Assembly (NCBI GenBank): GCA_034780895.1 | Contig: JAUZTB010000076.1 | Span: forward strand, 95,510,482 to 95,574,481 | Direction of reading: 5' to 3' | Origin: Rhynchobatus australiae | Taxonomy: Eukaryota | DNA length: 64,000 nt | Shown here: one piece after another, positions 61,483-64,000 of the stretch | How positions within the stretch are numbered: position 1 is the first letter of the stretch | Layout: every line of letters starts with the position of its first letter | Notes under the pieces: model-generated | Databases searched by the model: none | Seen by the model: only the letters and a program-made list of their open reading frames with translations | Told to the model about the DNA's origin: nothing | Translations under genes and position numbers: made by a program

Positions 61483-63108
61483 TTTGGTAAATTGGTTTAT
61501 TATTGTCACGTGTACTGAGGTATAGTGAAAGACTTGTCTTGCATACAGTTCATACAGATCTGTTCATTACCAGAGTGCATTGAGGTAGTATAAGGTAAAA
61601 CAATAACAGAATACGGAAAAAAATGTTACAGAGGAAATGCAGTGCAGGTAGACAATAAAGTCCAAGGTCATAACAAGTAGATTGTGAGGTCAAGAGTCCA
61701 TAATACTAGGGAACCATTGCGGGCTGCCCCTCAGCACGTTCCCAGTAACACAAAAAGATGAATTTCACTGTGTGTTTGGATGTACATGTGACTAATGAAT
61801 AAATATCTTTAAAAAAATATCTTATGACAGCCGGTTAGAAGCTGTCCTTGAGCCTAGTGGTTCGTGCTCTCAGGCTTTTGTATCTTTTGCCCGATGGGAG
61901 GAGGGAGAAGAGAGAATGTCTAGGGTGGATGGGGTCTTTGATTAAGCTGGCTGGTTTACCAAGGCAGCGAGAAATGTATACAGAGTGCATGGAGGGAAGG
62001 CTAGTTTCCAAGATGTGCTGAGCTGTGTCCACAACTCTCTGCAGTTTCTTGTGGTCACGTGCAGAGCAATTGCCGTATGCAACGGGATAGGATGCTTTCT
62101 ATAGTATATCAATAAAAATTGGTGGGGGTCAAAGGGGACATGCCACATTTCTTTATCCTCTTGAGGAAGTAGAGGTGCTGGTGAGCTTTCTTGGCCATAG
62201 CATCTACGTGCTTGGACCAGGACAGGCTATCAGTAATGTTCACTCCATGAGCTTTCTTGGCCATGACATCTACGTGTTTGGACCAGGACAGGCTGTTGGT
62301 GATGTTCACTCCTGGGAACTTAAAACTCTCAACCCTCACAACCTCAGCNNNNNNNNNNNNNNNNNNNNNNNNNNNNNNNNNNNNNNNNNNNNNNNNNNNN
62401 NNNNNNNNNNNNNNNNNNNNNNNNNNNNNNNNNNNNNNNNNNNNNNNNNNNNNNNNNNNNNNNNNNNNNNNNNNNNNNNNNNNNNNNNNNNNNNNNNNNN
62501 NNNNNNNNNNNNNNNNNNNNNNNNNNNNNNNNNNNNNNNNNNNNNNNNNNNNNNNNNNNNNNNNNNNNNNNNNNNNNNNNNNNNNNNNNNNNNNNNNNNN
62601 NNNNNNNNNNNNNNNNNNNNNNNNNNNNNNNNNNNNNNNNNNNNNNNNNNNNNNNNNNNNNNNNNNNNNNNNNNNNNNNNNNNNNNNNNNNNNNNNNNNN
62701 NNNNNNNNNAGTTGCAAAGAGAGGTGTTGAGTCCTAGGTCTAGGAGTTTGGAGATGAGTTTGCTTCGAATTATAGTATTGAAGGTGGAGTTGTAATCATT
62801 AAACAATAGTCTAATGTAGTGTCTTTACTGTGCAGATGCTGCAGAGATGAATGTAGGGCCAGGGAGATGGCATCTGCCATAGACCTGTTTCGGCAGTAGG
62901 CGAATTGCAGTGGGTCGAGTTAATCTGGGAGGCTGGAGTTAATGCGTACCATGACCAGCCTCTTGAAGCATTTCATGAAGGTGGATGTCAGAGGCACCAC
63001 GCAGTAGTCATTAAGGCACATTACCTTGTTTTTCTTAGGTACCAGGATGATAGTGGTCTTTTTAAAGCAGGTGGGAACCTCAGTTTGAAGCCGGGAGAGG
63101 TTAAAAAT
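61483..63108 (-). mobile_element. Rex1/Babar-like LINE (RT region to 3' end, gapped)
   Basis: [76 protein letters not shown]; tail AATAATAAACCAATTTACCAA. Confidence 0.88.
61718..61824 (+). mobile_element. 3' end of the Rex-tailed SINE, nested in a Rex-like LINE
   Basis: TGCGGGCTGCCCC...TTTCACTGTGTGTTTGGATGTACATGTGACTAAT aligns to 29888-29960. Confidence 0.6.
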
Positions 63109-63334
63109 TTTCCTTGGGCTTTTCATCTCCTTGATCTTTAGTGGACATATCAAAGCACCTTCCAATAGACTGTAGCCCCTTGCATCAAAAAACCAATAGA
63201 TAGATGCAATAAAATAGTTCATTCGGTCTTTACAAAACATAAATTTCTCTATGAAATTTCAAAACAGATATACCTTTTTGTGCTTATTTCACATTTTTTC
63301 CATGAATTGCAGTTTCTCAATGTATCTCAACTAT

Positions 63335-63478
63335 TCTCAATTGTAACACTTTATTCTGCATTCTCTTATTGTTCTCCCTTGTACTACACTGTTGTAATGA
63401 AATGATCTGTATGAATGGCATGCAAAACAAAGTGTTTCACTGTACCTCGATACATGTGACAATAATAAACCAATTTAC
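63335..63478 (+). mobile_element. Rex1/Babar-like LINE 3' UTR
   Basis: TTTCACTGTACCTCGATACATGTGACAATAATAAACCAATT is the reverse complement of 61485-61530. Confidence 0.7.
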
Positions 63479-64000
63479 TGAGAAAAATAAATACAATCAT
63501 GTTGTTAATGTGACCTTGTAGTTTAACTGTGATAAATTTAAGCTATATAAATTTGAAATGATGATAAAATATACTCAAAATACATTAGAGTTAATATAAG
63601 GCAGAGGTTTCAAAATATGCCAGATATCAGAATAAGACAAATTTTAGAATAAGAACAAAACTTCCTGCTCATCACCATTTTGCTTCTCGGTGTCTCCTCT
63701 ACTGCTACTTGTATTATAATACAATCTGTATGCAATCCCAAGTCTCTTCCTTATCATTGCAGACACATGAAATGCTTTTAGTATTAATAGAGTCTTTAGT
63801 TACATATCTTCAATTAAAAATGAACAATTCAGATGGACCCCTATTCAAGCCCAAAAATACTAAGTTCTTCCTGAATTTTTTTCCTGGTATATCTATAGAA
63901 CTTTTCAACCTGACTAACTTAATCGATTTATCAAGACCAGCAAGAATGAATGGCATGTCATCTATTGAAAACAAAGCTGTTTAATTTGCCTTTGTCTTCC

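Noticed and set aside
63980-64000. Pyrimidine tract at the window end, possibly the acceptor of the next USP34 exon
   Set aside because: The AG and the exon lie outside the window, so it cannot be supported.
1-64000. Prokaryotic or viral systems (CRISPR arrays, operons, defence islands) and intronic snoRNA/miRNA genes
   Set aside because: The window is a spliced vertebrate gene. I saw no repeat-spacer array, intact foreign ORF or convincing C/D or H/ACA structure. An Rfam/Infernal scan would be needed to exclude small RNAs.

Overview
This window is eukaryotic, AT-rich vertebrate DNA from a gapped draft assembly. The repeat types point to a cartilaginous fish, probably a batoid (inference). 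The whole window lies inside one + strand gene, USP34 (ubiquitin-specific peptidase 34). I traced 34 coding exons by hand. All have GT-AG boundaries and consistent reading phase, except at one junction where a short exon must be hidden in the 48065-48636 N-gap. The exons include the complete USP catalytic domain (Cys box GLTNLGATCY, His box HTGTADGGHYY, WYLFND). The introns hold decayed transposons: CR1-like, Rex1/Babar-like and L2-like LINEs, Penelope-like elements, V-SINEs, a Deu-type SINE and Tigger-like MITEs. There are no prokaryotic genes, CRISPR arrays, rRNA or tRNA genes. Most supplied ORFs are noise, N-run artefacts or TE remnants. The most interesting signals are: (1) a recurring family of fold-back Penelope terminal repeats carrying degenerate minimal hammerhead-ribozyme cores; (2) a shifted NAGNAG splice acceptor adding (Q)FPQ to USP34; (3) a candidate in-frame cassette exon just before the catalytic Cys exon; (4) V-SINEs with two different LINE-derived tails. 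Family names and human comparisons are from memory, not database searches.
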